Part shown: one piece after another, positions 47,882-58,369 of the stretch
Position numbering within the stretch: position 1 is the stretch's first letter
Layout of the letters: each line of letters begins with the position of its first letter
Source: an uncultured virus (IMG/VR IMGVR_UViG_3300025141_013938)
Taxonomy: Duplodnaviria > Heunggongvirae > Uroviricota > Caudoviricetes
Strand: one strand, 5' to 3'
DNA: 64,000 bases
IMG/VR virus record: IMGVR_UViG_3300025141_013938
Position numbers and translations under genes: made by a program
Notes under the pieces: generated by a model
What the model saw: the letters and a program-made list of their open reading frames with translations, nothing else
Databases searched by the model: none
What the model was told of the DNA's origin: nothing

Positions 47882-49462
47882 ATGTATAGAATATTAACTG
47901 CTAGTAAAGATACATACATTACAGATAAAATCATTGACAACAGTTTCAGAGCAACTGATGCAAATGTAGGGCAAGCTGCAACTCTAGATTTATTTAAGCT
48001 CTACGCTGAATCAACATCAGGATCAGTCACATCTCCTATGGAGATAAGTCGGGCACTGATAAAATTCGACCTGGATCCTCTGAGAAGATTGACAGGCTCT
48101 TTTCTAGACATCAGCCACTCTTCTTTTAGGTGCACATTAAATCTGTCTGATGTGTATGGTGGCCAAACTTGTCCTTCAAATTTTAAACTAATTGTTTTCC
48201 CACTTTCCCAGTCATTTGATGAGGGAATGGGTAGAGATATTGTTAGCTTTTCTGATTTAGATTCTTGCAACTTCATAACAGCTTCTACTAATGGCGGAAC
48301 AGCAGTTCCGTGGTTTGTTTCAGGAGCTAATAAACAGGGCCTTCTACATTCAGACAATATTGATATTATATCTAGCGGAAATCTTCTTGATGGAAATGGA
48401 GTTGTTAACTTGTGGAGACAAAAAACTTTTTCAACAGGGGAGGAAAATCTATCTGTTGATGTCACAACAATTATTTCTGCAACTCTTGCAAATAGAATGC
48501 CAGACCATGGATTCAGAATCTCATATTCAGGATCTCAAGAAACTGACACTATCACTAGATTTGTTAAGAGATTTGGTTCTCGAAATAATACATCATTTTT
48601 TAATAGACCTCAGCTTATTGTTAAATTTAATGATTCAATTCAGGACAATCATAGCTCATTTCTTTTTAATGTATCTGGATCACTTTTCTTAAATAATTTT
48701 CACAGAGGCAGGTACGCAAATATTTTAACAGGAACCCGAGGAAAGATGCATGGTGTTTCTGGAAGTAATTCTCTACTTCTCAGGCTCACATCAGGGTCAA
48801 TTGGAGCTTCAGGGACATTTTTTCAAAAGATAATAACAGCATCCCAGCATCAGATAGGACAAAACTATATTACAGGAATTTATTCTGCATCTTTTTGTGT
48901 ATCACAATTCACAGGAACAAATCCGCCAAATCGAGGAGAAATTAGATTCAATAGTGCCCTAGCTAATGAGATTAAAAATGCAGGATCTGCAACATTCACA
49001 CAGATCTGGTCATCTTTAGATCAAACTGTTGCATTTTTAACAGGAAGCTTAGTTATTAATACTGTCAATAGAAACTCATTTAGCAATCGAGCAAAGAGGC
49101 TTTTAACATCTATAACAAATATGAAAGATGAGTTTGGAATAGATGATAAATACAGATTTAGAGTTTTTGTAGAAGATATAGACAGGCCAGTCAGATATAA
49201 AAAAGTACCATTTGAAACTAAAAGCTCAATCTTTGATAGAATGTTTTATCAGATAAAAGACTTCAAGTCAGGAAAAATTGTTATTCCATTTGATACAACA
49301 TATAACTCTACACTTCTTTCAACTGATAAGGATGGAATGTATTTTGATATTTATATGGACACGCTTTTTAAGGGAACCGTGTTCACTGTAGATTTTCTTA
49401 TCAAGGCAGAGGGGTCAGATCTAATTTTTACTGATGTTGCAGCAAAGTTTAGAGTTGTCTGA
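47882..49462 (+). CDS. Virion structural protein (baseplate-associated, beta-rich)
   Basis: KDTYI..SRALIKFDL..RPQLIV pattern reminiscent of DNRLRE-type domains; follows the gp6-like gene. Confidence 0.55.
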   Translation: MYRILTASKDTYITDKIIDNSFRATDANVGQAATLDLFKLYAESTSGSVTSPMEISRALIKFDLDPLRRLTGSFLDISHSSFRCTLNLSDVYGGQTCPSNFKLIVFPLSQSFDEGMGRDIVSFSDLDSCNFITASTNGGTAVPWFVSGANKQGLLHSDNIDIISSGNLLDGNGVVNLWRQKTFSTGEENLSVDVTTIISATLANRMPDHGFRISYSGSQETDTITRFVKRFGSRNNTSFFNRPQLIVKFNDSIQDNHSSFLFNVSGSLFLNNFHRGRYANILTGTRGKMHGVSGSNSLLLRLTSGSIGASGTFFQKIITASQHQIGQNYITGIYSASFCVSQFTGTNPPNRGEIRFNSALANEIKNAGSATFTQIWSSLDQTVAFLTGSLVINTVNRNSFSNRAKRLLTSITNMKDEFGIDDKYRFRVFVEDIDRPVRYKKVPFETKSSIFDRMFYQIKDFKSGKIVIPFDTTYNSTLLSTDKDGMYFDIYMDTLFKGTVFTVDFLIKAEGSDLIFTDVAAKFRVV

Positions 49463-49470
49463 GGTGGTCG

Positions 49471-52400
49471 GTGTCGAATTTTAAAATAAACTCAAGACCT
49501 AGACTATTCAACCCATCAGTTGTCCGTGGTCAGTTCAAAGTTGCTAAGCCTTCAAAAATATCTCTATCTCAGCTAGGAGATACAAATTTTCAAAGCACAT
49601 CATCTTTTAGATATGACACTGCTCGCTCACCCCTCAAGTCTACGCAAGAGATCTCGCTAGACTGGTCAAGATTTGAAAATCACACATTTTTTAACTCAGC
49701 AGAATCAAAAGTCAACATAGCTTTTCAGAGAATTATAAATGAATATCCCTTTGATGGAACTTTGAAAGAGGTAGAGGCATTTGAAGACTCTCTCACCGGA
49801 TATGAAAAATATATCTTGGATATATTTCCTAAGTCTGCTGGATTTCTAAATTTTTCTGGAACATCAGAAAGTGAAAATCCAGCATCTGGATATGGTGAAA
49901 AATTAGGAACATACATATCAGTTCAAGACAGAGCGGGAGTTCTATTTCCAGATTTTTCTAAGAATAGAACAGCAGAATCAATTCTTGATTTCGGAAAAGA
50001 TAGCTTTTCTATCGAGCTAGAGCTATATCCGGCCCCCAGAGAAAATGAAAATCAAATAATCTGTCAAAAGAGATCAAATTCTAATGACTCAATAACTGTT
50101 GCGCTATCAGAATCTTCTTCGACATCTAAGTGTGATCTCATATTTTCAGTGACATCAGGATCTGCAACATTATTTGCAAGCTCTTCAATAGAAAAGGGAA
50201 GATTCAATCATATCTGTACAACATTTGACAGATCTCCCGGTCAAGGTATCTTAAAGATATTTGTAAGTGAATCTCTCAGGGTGACATCTTCAATGGCTTT
50301 TGAAATGGGAAGTCTTTCTTTTGGCAGAGCAAATTTTATAATAGGCTCTGGTTCTTCTGTAAAGACCCCAGAGTGGAGCACTCCCCACGGAGAAAAAGAA
50401 TTTATTCCCAAGGTAACATTTTCTGGATCGATGGATGAGGTTCGAGTTTTTCACTCTACTAGAAGTGATATTGATCAAAAAAGAGATTCACGCCGTGGAA
50501 TATATGCCAGCAATGACCTCAAGCTATATTTTAAATTTAATGAACCCACTGGATCTTTTAATCTGAAGTCTGTTGTCCTAGATAGTTCTGGAAACTCTCT
50601 TCATAGTGAGATTAAAAATTTTGAGATAGGGCTAAGAATTTCAGGATCTATTTCTAACCCTCTGTCTTCTGAAAATCTAAAGAGAAATCCTATTCTCTTT
50701 CCCTCCTACTATAAAATTTCTAACCTCAATAGAAAACTTTTAGTATCTGCTAGCTTATATGATAGAGAAAATCCAAATTTAATCACTAGTTTGATTCCTA
50801 TGCACTTCTTACTAGAGGGACAGTATAATCAAGGATTAGATAGTGAGAAGGGTGACATAGGCTCACCTATTTCTGGAAAATCTATTCCTGGATCTGCTAG
50901 GATCGGGTCAGCTCAATACCTAACAGCATTTCTTCTCATATGGGCTAAGTTTTATGATGAGATGAAGATATTTGTTGATCATTTTTCACGAGTGCTCTCA
51001 GTTGACTATGATGATAATCTTTCAATCACTGATAAATTTTTACCGTTTGTTGCGGATTATTATGGATTTACGTTGCCGTCACTTTTTTCAAATGTTGATC
51101 CAGTACAGTTTATTAACGGTGATGACATACAAAAGACATATTCTCAATCAACTAATTCTATAAAGTATGTTCAAAGTCAAATCTGGAAAAGAATTCTAAT
51201 AAACCTTAATGATATAACTACGTCGAAAGGAACAACTTACAGCATACGGTCTCTTTTAAGATCAGCAGGAATTAATCCAGATAATATATTCAATATTCGA
51301 GAATATGGTGGTCCAACTAAAAGATCTCTAGCGGGTCGTAGGCAGACCAAGTCTGAAACTGCAACAAGCCTTGATTTCTCAGGTAGCCTTAACCCATCTT
51401 CTTTCACTCCAGATACCCAGGGATTTTCTAGTGATATTCCACACCTGGTGTCACCATTTCTATCTGCCTCTAGGGTAGAGGTGGGATATCCAGAACAGGT
51501 TGGTACGATGGTCTCTAAAGTTAGATATCCGCCACATGGAATATCTAGTGATCCCAGTGATGGGCTATTAACATCAGGATCATTTACATATGAGGCAATC
51601 TATCAGTTTGAAAAAAATAAGGATCATCCCGGAGAACAAAGTCTTGTACGATTCCATGTAACTGGTACTTCATCTCCGTCTAATGTAAACGGTGTCCTGG
51701 CAAACGTGACTGTTGTTTCTGGAGCTCAGAATTCAATGACATCTAGTGGTGATGATTTAAAACTATTTGTCAGGTCTGACTCTAATTCTTCAACTTCACC
51801 AACACTAGCACTTATATTGACCGGACTTAATATTTTTGATGGAAACCTGTGGAATGTATCTTTTGGACGAACACGGTCTGATGATAGACCCGAAACAGAT
51901 TCACAAACATATCTTACTAAGAGGTCATCAGCTGTTCAGTCTTCTTCTTATTTTTTAAGATGTGCAAGACAATCTTACGGAAGCGTGAGTCAAATATTTA
52001 TGACATCGTCATATTTTATGTCTGCACCAGTTGTAGCATCATCAGATGATTCATTTCAAAAGATCTCGACAGCATATAATGTTTCTGGTGCATTTATTGC
52101 AATAGGCTCTCAGTCACTAGGCGGAGCAGCTTCTGGTCGCTTTCTTAATTCTGTAGATGATTCTGGCCAATATAGAAATGCCCTATTTACTAAATTTTCA
52201 GGACAGGTGTCTCAAATAAGATTTTGGTCTAACGCCCTCAGTGAAAGATCATGGATAGAACATGTCCGAAGCTTCAAGTCACTCGGAGTAGAAAATCCTC
52301 TTATTAATTTTAACTTTAATGATTTCTCAACAGGTTCATTTGGGAGACTCCGTGTCAATGCATCAACAGATCAGAGAATTTTAACTGCAGGATCAGATAG

Positions 52401-53073
52401 AAAGATAAGAATATTTGATTTCTCACAAAACGGATATCACCTTAGCGGCTCTGGATTTGAAAAAAATACAGATGCAATAGGATCTGAAACATTTTATTTT
52501 AGTTATCTATCACCTGCATTTGACATCTCTCAGACAGACAATAAGGTCAGAGTGAGAAGTTACCAAGATCCAGAGCTGATATCTCTCAGTGAATATGCAA
52601 CATCTACACCTACATATGAGGTGAGAAAAAGTGAGGAACCTGATGACGATGCAAGATTTAGAATAGAGATGTCATCAGTTAGTGGCCTTAATGAGGATAT
52701 CATGAGAATATTTGGCTCGCTAGACTTTTTTGATGATGCTCTCGGAAGGCCTAATCTTTTATTTGATGAGTTCTACCCTGACCTCGACCAGATCAGAAAG
52801 ATCTACTTTAATAGACTCAAAGAGAAGCCTGACTTACAAATCTTTTTTGACATGTTTAAATGGTTCAGTTCAGCATATGGTGATCTTTTAGGCCAGCTTA
52901 TACCAAAGAGAACAAAATTTTTAGGCGTAAACTTTGTAATAGAGTCGCATGTAATAGAAAGAAGTAAGTTTAGATACTTATTTGATGAAATTTATCTAAA
53001 AGCACTCTTCAGAGACAATGATAGGGGAAATCTATTACTTTCTCAGATTGTTGGACACTTATGTAAATTTTAG
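49471..53073 (+). CDS. Large baseplate/tail protein with LamG-like domains
   Basis: FNHICTTFD..FSGSMDEVRVF..LYFKFNE (LamG-like); IWKRILINL..SKGTTYSIRSLL (gpI/gp7-like segment); FSGQVSQIRFWS. Confidence 0.6.
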   Translation: MSNFKINSRPRLFNPSVVRGQFKVAKPSKISLSQLGDTNFQSTSSFRYDTARSPLKSTQEISLDWSRFENHTFFNSAESKVNIAFQRIINEYPFDGTLKEVEAFEDSLTGYEKYILDIFPKSAGFLNFSGTSESENPASGYGEKLGTYISVQDRAGVLFPDFSKNRTAESILDFGKDSFSIELELYPAPRENENQIICQKRSNSNDSITVALSESSSTSKCDLIFSVTSGSATLFASSSIEKGRFNHICTTFDRSPGQGILKIFVSESLRVTSSMAFEMGSLSFGRANFIIGSGSSVKTPEWSTPHGEKEFIPKVTFSGSMDEVRVFHSTRSDIDQKRDSRRGIYASNDLKLYFKFNEPTGSFNLKSVVLDSSGNSLHSEIKNFEIGLRISGSISNPLSSENLKRNPILFPSYYKISNLNRKLLVSASLYDRENPNLITSLIPMHFLLEGQYNQGLDSEKGDIGSPISGKSIPGSARIGSAQYLTAFLLIWAKFYDEMKIFVDHFSRVLSVDYDDNLSITDKFLPFVADYYGFTLPSLFSNVDPVQFINGDDIQKTYSQSTNSIKYVQSQIWKRILINLNDITTSKGTTYSIRSLLRSAGINPDNIFNIREYGGPTKRSLAGRRQTKSETATSLDFSGSLNPSSFTPDTQGFSSDIPHLVSPFLSASRVEVGYPEQVGTMVSKVRYPPHGISSDPSDGLLTSGSFTYEAIYQFEKNKDHPGEQSLVRFHVTGTSSPSNVNGVLANVTVVSGAQNSMTSSGDDLKLFVRSDSNSSTSPTLALILTGLNIFDGNLWNVSFGRTRSDDRPETDSQTYLTKRSSAVQSSSYFLRCARQSYGSVSQIFMTSSYFMSAPVVASSDDSFQKISTAYNVSGAFIAIGSQSLGGAASGRFLNSVDDSGQYRNALFTKFSGQVSQIRFWSNALSERSWIEHVRSFKSLGVENPLINFNFNDFSTGSFGRLRVNASTDQRILTAGSDRKIRIFDFSQNGYHLSGSGFEKNTDAIGSETFYFSYLSPAFDISQTDNKVRVRSYQDPELISLSEYATSTPTYEVRKSEEPDDDARFRIEMSSVSGLNEDIMRIFGSLDFFDDALGRPNLLFDEFYPDLDQIRKIYFNRLKEKPDLQIFFDMFKWFSSAYGDLLGQLIPKRTKFLGVNFVIESHVIERSKFRYLFDEIYLKALFRDNDRGNLLLSQIVGHLCKF

Positions 53074-53081
53074 GATCAGAT

Positions 53082-54005
53082 ATGTCAATAAAACCATTTG
53101 TAGATAGACCAAAAGTTGATATAGGCCAGGATGTCACTATTCTGCCTGCCTCTGGCGGGATGAATACTAGTGAGATAGATAGATTTAGGCAGGGAGTCAG
53201 CATGCGGCACTGGCGTGACTTTAAGTGCTCTCTAGTTCCAATGATCACGTCTAAGGGGTTTATACACAATGCTAGTGCAAGGATGGATTTTTCGCTCAAC
53301 AAGTCAGACTACGGTCAGCCAAAACTATTTGAAGATCTAGGAAACAACGGTGTATTCAATGGAATCTTCTCTCCTTTTGATGACATAGTAGGTGTATTCA
53401 GCGGAAAAGACTTCATAGAGGATCCAGGGACTCAGATGTATCCTAATGTTATGGTCAGCCCAAATTGGCTAGATCCTGCTATGATGGACGGAGTATTAGA
53501 CCCACTTCAGATAAGACATCAGATGAGCAATACTAATGCTGAAGGACCGTTTTCAGCTCATGGCATAAGAGGTGCCCTGATGCCGAATATTGGAAATGAG
53601 ATACTTGGCAGGGGAACCTTTATATGGTCTGTTATTCCATTTGAACCAGAAGCTAAGAATCCACCGTATTATGACTCACAGGATGTACCTATGGAAATTA
53701 CGTCTCCGACAGGAGATAAATTTGTATTATCATTTCCTGGATTTGACTATCCTGAGGAGACACAAGTCGAGCCATTTGATGACACTGTTCTCTCTGAGAA
53801 GATAGAAAGTCAGCAATTTAATATACTTAACACACTATCTGGCTCTGTATTAGGAGCCGGCGAGTTCGGAATATATCAGAAGTCTGCAACAGTCGGGTTT
53901 ATCTATAGGGACGGAAACTATATCATAAAGAAAGGCCAGATAGAGACTGGTGTGAAACGAGTCATGGGAACTGACTCTATAGCATTTGGAGGGTTCCTTA
54001 AGTAA
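53082..54005 (+). CDS. Hypothetical virion protein
   Basis: 307 aa ORF inside the structural operon. Confidence 0.55.
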   Translation: MSIKPFVDRPKVDIGQDVTILPASGGMNTSEIDRFRQGVSMRHWRDFKCSLVPMITSKGFIHNASARMDFSLNKSDYGQPKLFEDLGNNGVFNGIFSPFDDIVGVFSGKDFIEDPGTQMYPNVMVSPNWLDPAMMDGVLDPLQIRHQMSNTNAEGPFSAHGIRGALMPNIGNEILGRGTFIWSVIPFEPEAKNPPYYDSQDVPMEITSPTGDKFVLSFPGFDYPEETQVEPFDDTVLSEKIESQQFNILNTLSGSVLGAGEFGIYQKSATVGFIYRDGNYIIKKGQIETGVKRVMGTDSIAFGGFLK

Positions 54006-57000
54006 TGCCACGATTACAATTAGCCTCATATGACCTAAGTGATACGTTTCAAGACTCGAGTGGAAATGTCTACTCATACCATAGCGGACAGGATCTAAAA
54101 GTCTGGATTCGTCCCGCTCCTGACGAACCAAAAGATCTGAGTAGAAATAATCTATCTTGCGAGTACGATGATGATCCGCCTATCTCTGATGCAACAATTG
54201 GTAGTAAGTCTTATCCTGTGATAGGTGATCAGGCCAGCAGCCCTGGTGTTATAGAAGTCTCGAACTCGACCGGAGACCTCTCATTTACCAGCCTGCCAAG
54301 CGCGGGAACGCCAACGACATCTTCAGATAGACCATTTTCAATAAGTATGTGGGTGAAAGTAGATTCGCCGCACGCTTCGGGCACAGGATATATAGCCTGG
54401 AAGCCAAGCTTATCATACGGAGAGTATGGGCTCATCATAGCCACCGACGACTCGCTGCGATTCCAGCTCTACGACGACGATAACGATGCCTCCCAGTTCG
54501 TGCTCACCACCGGGGAAATCCCATTAGGTCAGTGGAATCACATAGTTGTAACATATGACGGTCGAGGGGGAACCGGTGCAGCGACCGTCACCGCTGCCCT
54601 GGGCCTGAAAATCTATATGAATGGATCAGACTACTCTGGGTCCCGGACCTACGCCGGCAGCTACAAAGGAATGCAGCCTAATTGGGGTGCTGATCTAGTC
54701 ATACGAAATTTCGCGCCCGCGAACTCGGCTGTTTTTAAGGGTGAGATTGCAGAGATCGCTCTGTGGAATAGAGAGCTACCTGAAGTAGATATTCTCACAA
54801 TATATAACGCAACACGAAACGGTGCCTATGATCTATTTACCGGATATCTCAATAATCCAGTTAGAACAATCGTAAGAAGCAGAGACAATGCGACAGGATC
54901 ATACCCATCAGTTCTAAGAACCACTGGATTTAAGCAGAGCACACCAGATCCATTTGATGATAACAGGACAGTTGTATTTCACACGATAAAAAAGTTTAGA
55001 AAGTTGGGCGCTAATAGGCAGGCGGTCTTCACAGATCCGCTCATGGATGTCCACTATCCGGTCATGCTCACAAAGGTAGATCACGACAAGTACTATAGGA
55101 ACTGGGTATCAACACCTAACACATCTGGGTCAATCATCGCATCAGGTAGTGTGGGACCATTCATATCTCTACAGGGACTAGAGCCATCAATAAATCAGCA
55201 CAGAGACTTCACACCGTTTAATGAGAGCAGGGTCTACATAGACCCAGGAAGCACATTTTACATGACAGGAACGAAGAGGACAACCTATCCTGGCTTCACA
55301 TCTCCACTAGAGGACAAGGTCCAGATAGTGATACCCCTTCCAAATGTAAGTGATAAGATCTGTAGCAGGTGGAATAGTGACTTCGGCGGTGATGTAGGGG
55401 TAGGCACAAACTTTATTGAGCCAGGTGTGACAGATTCAACAGATGTAGAGGTCACACCGACATCACAGTATAGTGGATTTAGCTACTACAACTGGATTAA
55501 TGGAAGATGGGAGGACATAGGCCTCTATGATCCTGCGACTGGGATAGCACGCAAGACACACATGTTCTATCTAGCTGCTGAGAAAAGACAGGGCAGCACT
55601 TATCTATATCCAGAGTTTCTTCCATATGCGAGTGATGGGAAGCACAAGCAGCCGTGGCACATCCAGCCACCGTCTTATCAGTTTAAGATGTCACATCACA
55701 CAATGTACATGACAAGGACATATAATGACTTAATCATGACAGGTGCCTATGGAAAGATAGGCGCGCCCACAATTGCAGCCGCCGCTCCGCAGCATCCTAG
55801 GTATCACGCAACTTCATCACAAGCCCTGTCTCTCTCTAGTTACATAAAGCATCCATTCCTGCTTGAGAAGGCAGTTATTGAGATACCGGTCATCGTCAGA
55901 AGAAAGAATGGTGCGTCATACCCACCTGGGGGTTCATATAAGGTCGACGGCGGTGACAGAGACATAGATAATTACACATTTTTCATGTACAGACAGCAGA
56001 GAAGACCGTCATTTAAGATCAATATGCCGACTAGTCCCTCTGATCAGCAGAACTATATAGAAAGAGATAGCGCAGCAGATGTAAGCGGTAGCACAAGGTT
56101 TCTAGTCATGAGTGCTTCAGCTGCTTTTTATAATAGCCCCTCGATAAGATCGTCAGCCCTACAAAGTGAAATATCATCTCTAGGGCTACCACACACACCA
56201 TCCTTTGAATATGACTTTAACCTAGAGGTAGACAGTGACAGCATCCCGAGCGAAGGTGCTGAAGCAGCATTCACAGGATCTATTCGTCTAGAGTTTATTC
56301 CAGCAGTTGCAAATAGAGGAGACTGGGGAGGATCCCGATTCGCAATCAGGAGCGGTACAGTTCCGGGTGAAGCCACCAAATTCCCCAGCACGTCGTGGCA
56401 GCCGATCTCAGCATATACCTCAGCGGTCATACAAGATTTCTGGCCAGGCGGCACCACAGACACCTCCCAGATGCAATTACACTCGAGCTCCTGGGCATAC
56501 ATGCAAGCTGCAGGAGAATGGCGAGTAGCAGGGCCCATCCCGACAACGAATGATGCCGGGCCTTATTCTCTATCTCCCTTCGAGGCTAGGTGGGGGAATC
56601 TAATTCAGGTGACCCAGCACTCGACAGAGAATACAGACCCTGAAATTATTATCTCAGAACCGGGTGCTAACAGACCGTTCACGGGTCGTGCAGGCTTCAG
56701 CACTGATGAGCGGTCCACAGGCTCATTGGGCTATTACCCCGAGACTGGGGCTGGTGCTGGCGACAACTTCCCGAGGACAGGGTACATATGCCGAGGAATC
56801 AAGGTTGATCAGATATCTCCAAATACACCCTCTCCATACCTGCTACTTCCTGAGGATGAGATAGTCATTGGGATCGATGCAAGCATATCATCTACGATGG
56901 TGTCTGGGACACAGGACCAGCTTGGATTTGATAAGAGTAACCATGACATGACCCACGCGGCCGGAAAGACCAGGTGCAATGCTCTTAACATCATGTCTGG

Positions 57001-58354
57001 ATCATTCATGAAGATCATGGCTGGAGAGGCAAAGCTCACGCTCTTTGGCTCGCTCATAAAGGAGGACAAGGAGCACATGTCGAGCCTCGACCAGAACCTC
57101 ACGTCAGATGCCATTCACCATGACATCCATCAGGTCGGTCCGCTTGATCAGTACATGATAGGGTCAGCTAAAGACTATCGAGGTACTTACATCGATAGAT
57201 ACATAACTGGATCAATGAGCGTTCGAGGGAGACCTCTCGCTGACGGAAGAGCTGGAACACGTGGTGTCAGCATGCTTTTTTCGTCAGAGGATGATATCGT
57301 GCCCAATTTCAAGGGTCCCGTTTCAAGACTGTCAAGGGGAGGTCTCAATTACCTAACTTCACAAAATTTATCTGGAAGTCTTCTTCGAGGTGTCAAGCTA
57401 GTTGACAAGTCTGAGAGATTTTATGACACACTTCTTCCAGACTATGTTGAGTATGCTAGTCTTCACAACGTCGACAGCGACGGTGACAAGACCGCGCTCG
57501 GAGTCTTCTATGTATCTAATAATTTATCTAGAGGAGTAACTAAGGTAAACAGACAGGGACATACGGTAATATATGCGTTTAGTAGCATGTGGGAGGGACT
57601 CTGGGGTCCGCCAGTTATCGAAGACACCGGTCAAAATCCTTATACCACACAACCGACACTAAGATCATATAGTGATGGGAGGATCCTCCGGTACAGATCA
57701 GGCAGAGAGCTTCCATATGCCACCAACCCTACAAGAATGTCTTCAGATAGATTTATATCTATAGGTGCGAGATATGATGATGCGATCTGGGAGGCACCCA
57801 AATCGTCACACAGTGTATATATTTTTGCAGATTCAAGAAGAGACAACCGGCTTGTTAATGCATTATTTTATGAGGTAGGGTGGAAGTTTAGGTGGTTACA
57901 ACAGAATCATCCTGCCGCCGCGAAATCCAATCAGCTTGTAACTGGCTCTAAAGCATTTGGACAGTGTTCTTTGGGAGACTCAACATGCAGAGGCTACATG
58001 TATGGAATAATGTCAACCACTCCGCTAAATTCATCAGCAGTCTTTAGGCCAGATCATTTCGGTCAGTTCAGAGACATGCTAGAGCAGAGAAGAGATGGGA
58101 CATTTTGGAGATCTCCGTGGCGTCGGACTCCATCCGGACGCCTGACCAGAGTAAGAGGAAGAAAGTCAGATCCAGCTGTCGAGGTTCAATTTGTTAACAT
58201 GGAGGATGGAATGACACTAGTTGATCCCTACTCAACAAATTGTTCAAATCTCAGCCAAGCAGCAACATCATCAATTCCATATGTTGACGGAGAGATTAAA
58301 AATAGCATACCTGGAAGCGGAGGTGCAATAGTGTCCTTCGTGTTAGCGACATGA
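54005..58354 (+). CDS. Large virion protein with an N-terminal LamG/concanavalin-A-like domain
   Basis: FSISMWVK, GQWNHIVVTYDG, KIYMNG, FKGEIAEIALWNREL. Confidence 0.65.
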   Translation: MPRLQLASYDLSDTFQDSSGNVYSYHSGQDLKVWIRPAPDEPKDLSRNNLSCEYDDDPPISDATIGSKSYPVIGDQASSPGVIEVSNSTGDLSFTSLPSAGTPTTSSDRPFSISMWVKVDSPHASGTGYIAWKPSLSYGEYGLIIATDDSLRFQLYDDDNDASQFVLTTGEIPLGQWNHIVVTYDGRGGTGAATVTAALGLKIYMNGSDYSGSRTYAGSYKGMQPNWGADLVIRNFAPANSAVFKGEIAEIALWNRELPEVDILTIYNATRNGAYDLFTGYLNNPVRTIVRSRDNATGSYPSVLRTTGFKQSTPDPFDDNRTVVFHTIKKFRKLGANRQAVFTDPLMDVHYPVMLTKVDHDKYYRNWVSTPNTSGSIIASGSVGPFISLQGLEPSINQHRDFTPFNESRVYIDPGSTFYMTGTKRTTYPGFTSPLEDKVQIVIPLPNVSDKICSRWNSDFGGDVGVGTNFIEPGVTDSTDVEVTPTSQYSGFSYYNWINGRWEDIGLYDPATGIARKTHMFYLAAEKRQGSTYLYPEFLPYASDGKHKQPWHIQPPSYQFKMSHHTMYMTRTYNDLIMTGAYGKIGAPTIAAAAPQHPRYHATSSQALSLSSYIKHPFLLEKAVIEIPVIVRRKNGASYPPGGSYKVDGGDRDIDNYTFFMYRQQRRPSFKINMPTSPSDQQNYIERDSAADVSGSTRFLVMSASAAFYNSPSIRSSALQSEISSLGLPHTPSFEYDFNLEVDSDSIPSEGAEAAFTGSIRLEFIPAVANRGDWGGSRFAIRSGTVPGEATKFPSTSWQPISAYTSAVIQDFWPGGTTDTSQMQLHSSSWAYMQAAGEWRVAGPIPTTNDAGPYSLSPFEARWGNLIQVTQHSTENTDPEIIISEPGANRPFTGRAGFSTDERSTGSLGYYPETGAGAGDNFPRTGYICRGIKVDQISPNTPSPYLLLPEDEIVIGIDASISSTMVSGTQDQLGFDKSNHDMTHAAGKTRCNALNIMSGSFMKIMAGEAKLTLFGSLIKEDKEHMSSLDQNLTSDAIHHDIHQVGPLDQYMIGSAKDYRGTYIDRYITGSMSVRGRPLADGRAGTRGVSMLFSSEDDIVPNFKGPVSRLSRGGLNYLTSQNLSGSLLRGVKLVDKSERFYDTLLPDYVEYASLHNVDSDGDKTALGVFYVSNNLSRGVTKVNRQGHTVIYAFSSMWEGLWGPPVIEDTGQNPYTTQPTLRSYSDGRILRYRSGRELPYATNPTRMSSDRFISIGARYDDAIWEAPKSSHSVYIFADSRRDNRLVNALFYEVGWKFRWLQQNHPAAAKSNQLVTGSKAFGQCSLGDSTCRGYMYGIMSTTPLNSSAVFRPDHFGQFRDMLEQRRDGTFWRSPWRRTPSGRLTRVRGRKSDPAVEVQFVNMEDGMTLVDPYSTNCSNLSQAATSSIPYVDGEIKNSIPGSGGAIVSFVLAT

Positions 58355-58369
58355 GAGAGGCTGTGACAT

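Noticed and set aside
43497..53073. T6SS or extracellular contractile injection system
   Set aside because: No membrane complex, ClpV or Afp15-type ATPase is visible. The gp55-like sigma, the nuclease and the gene style fit a phage better, although no capsid or terminase is in the window.
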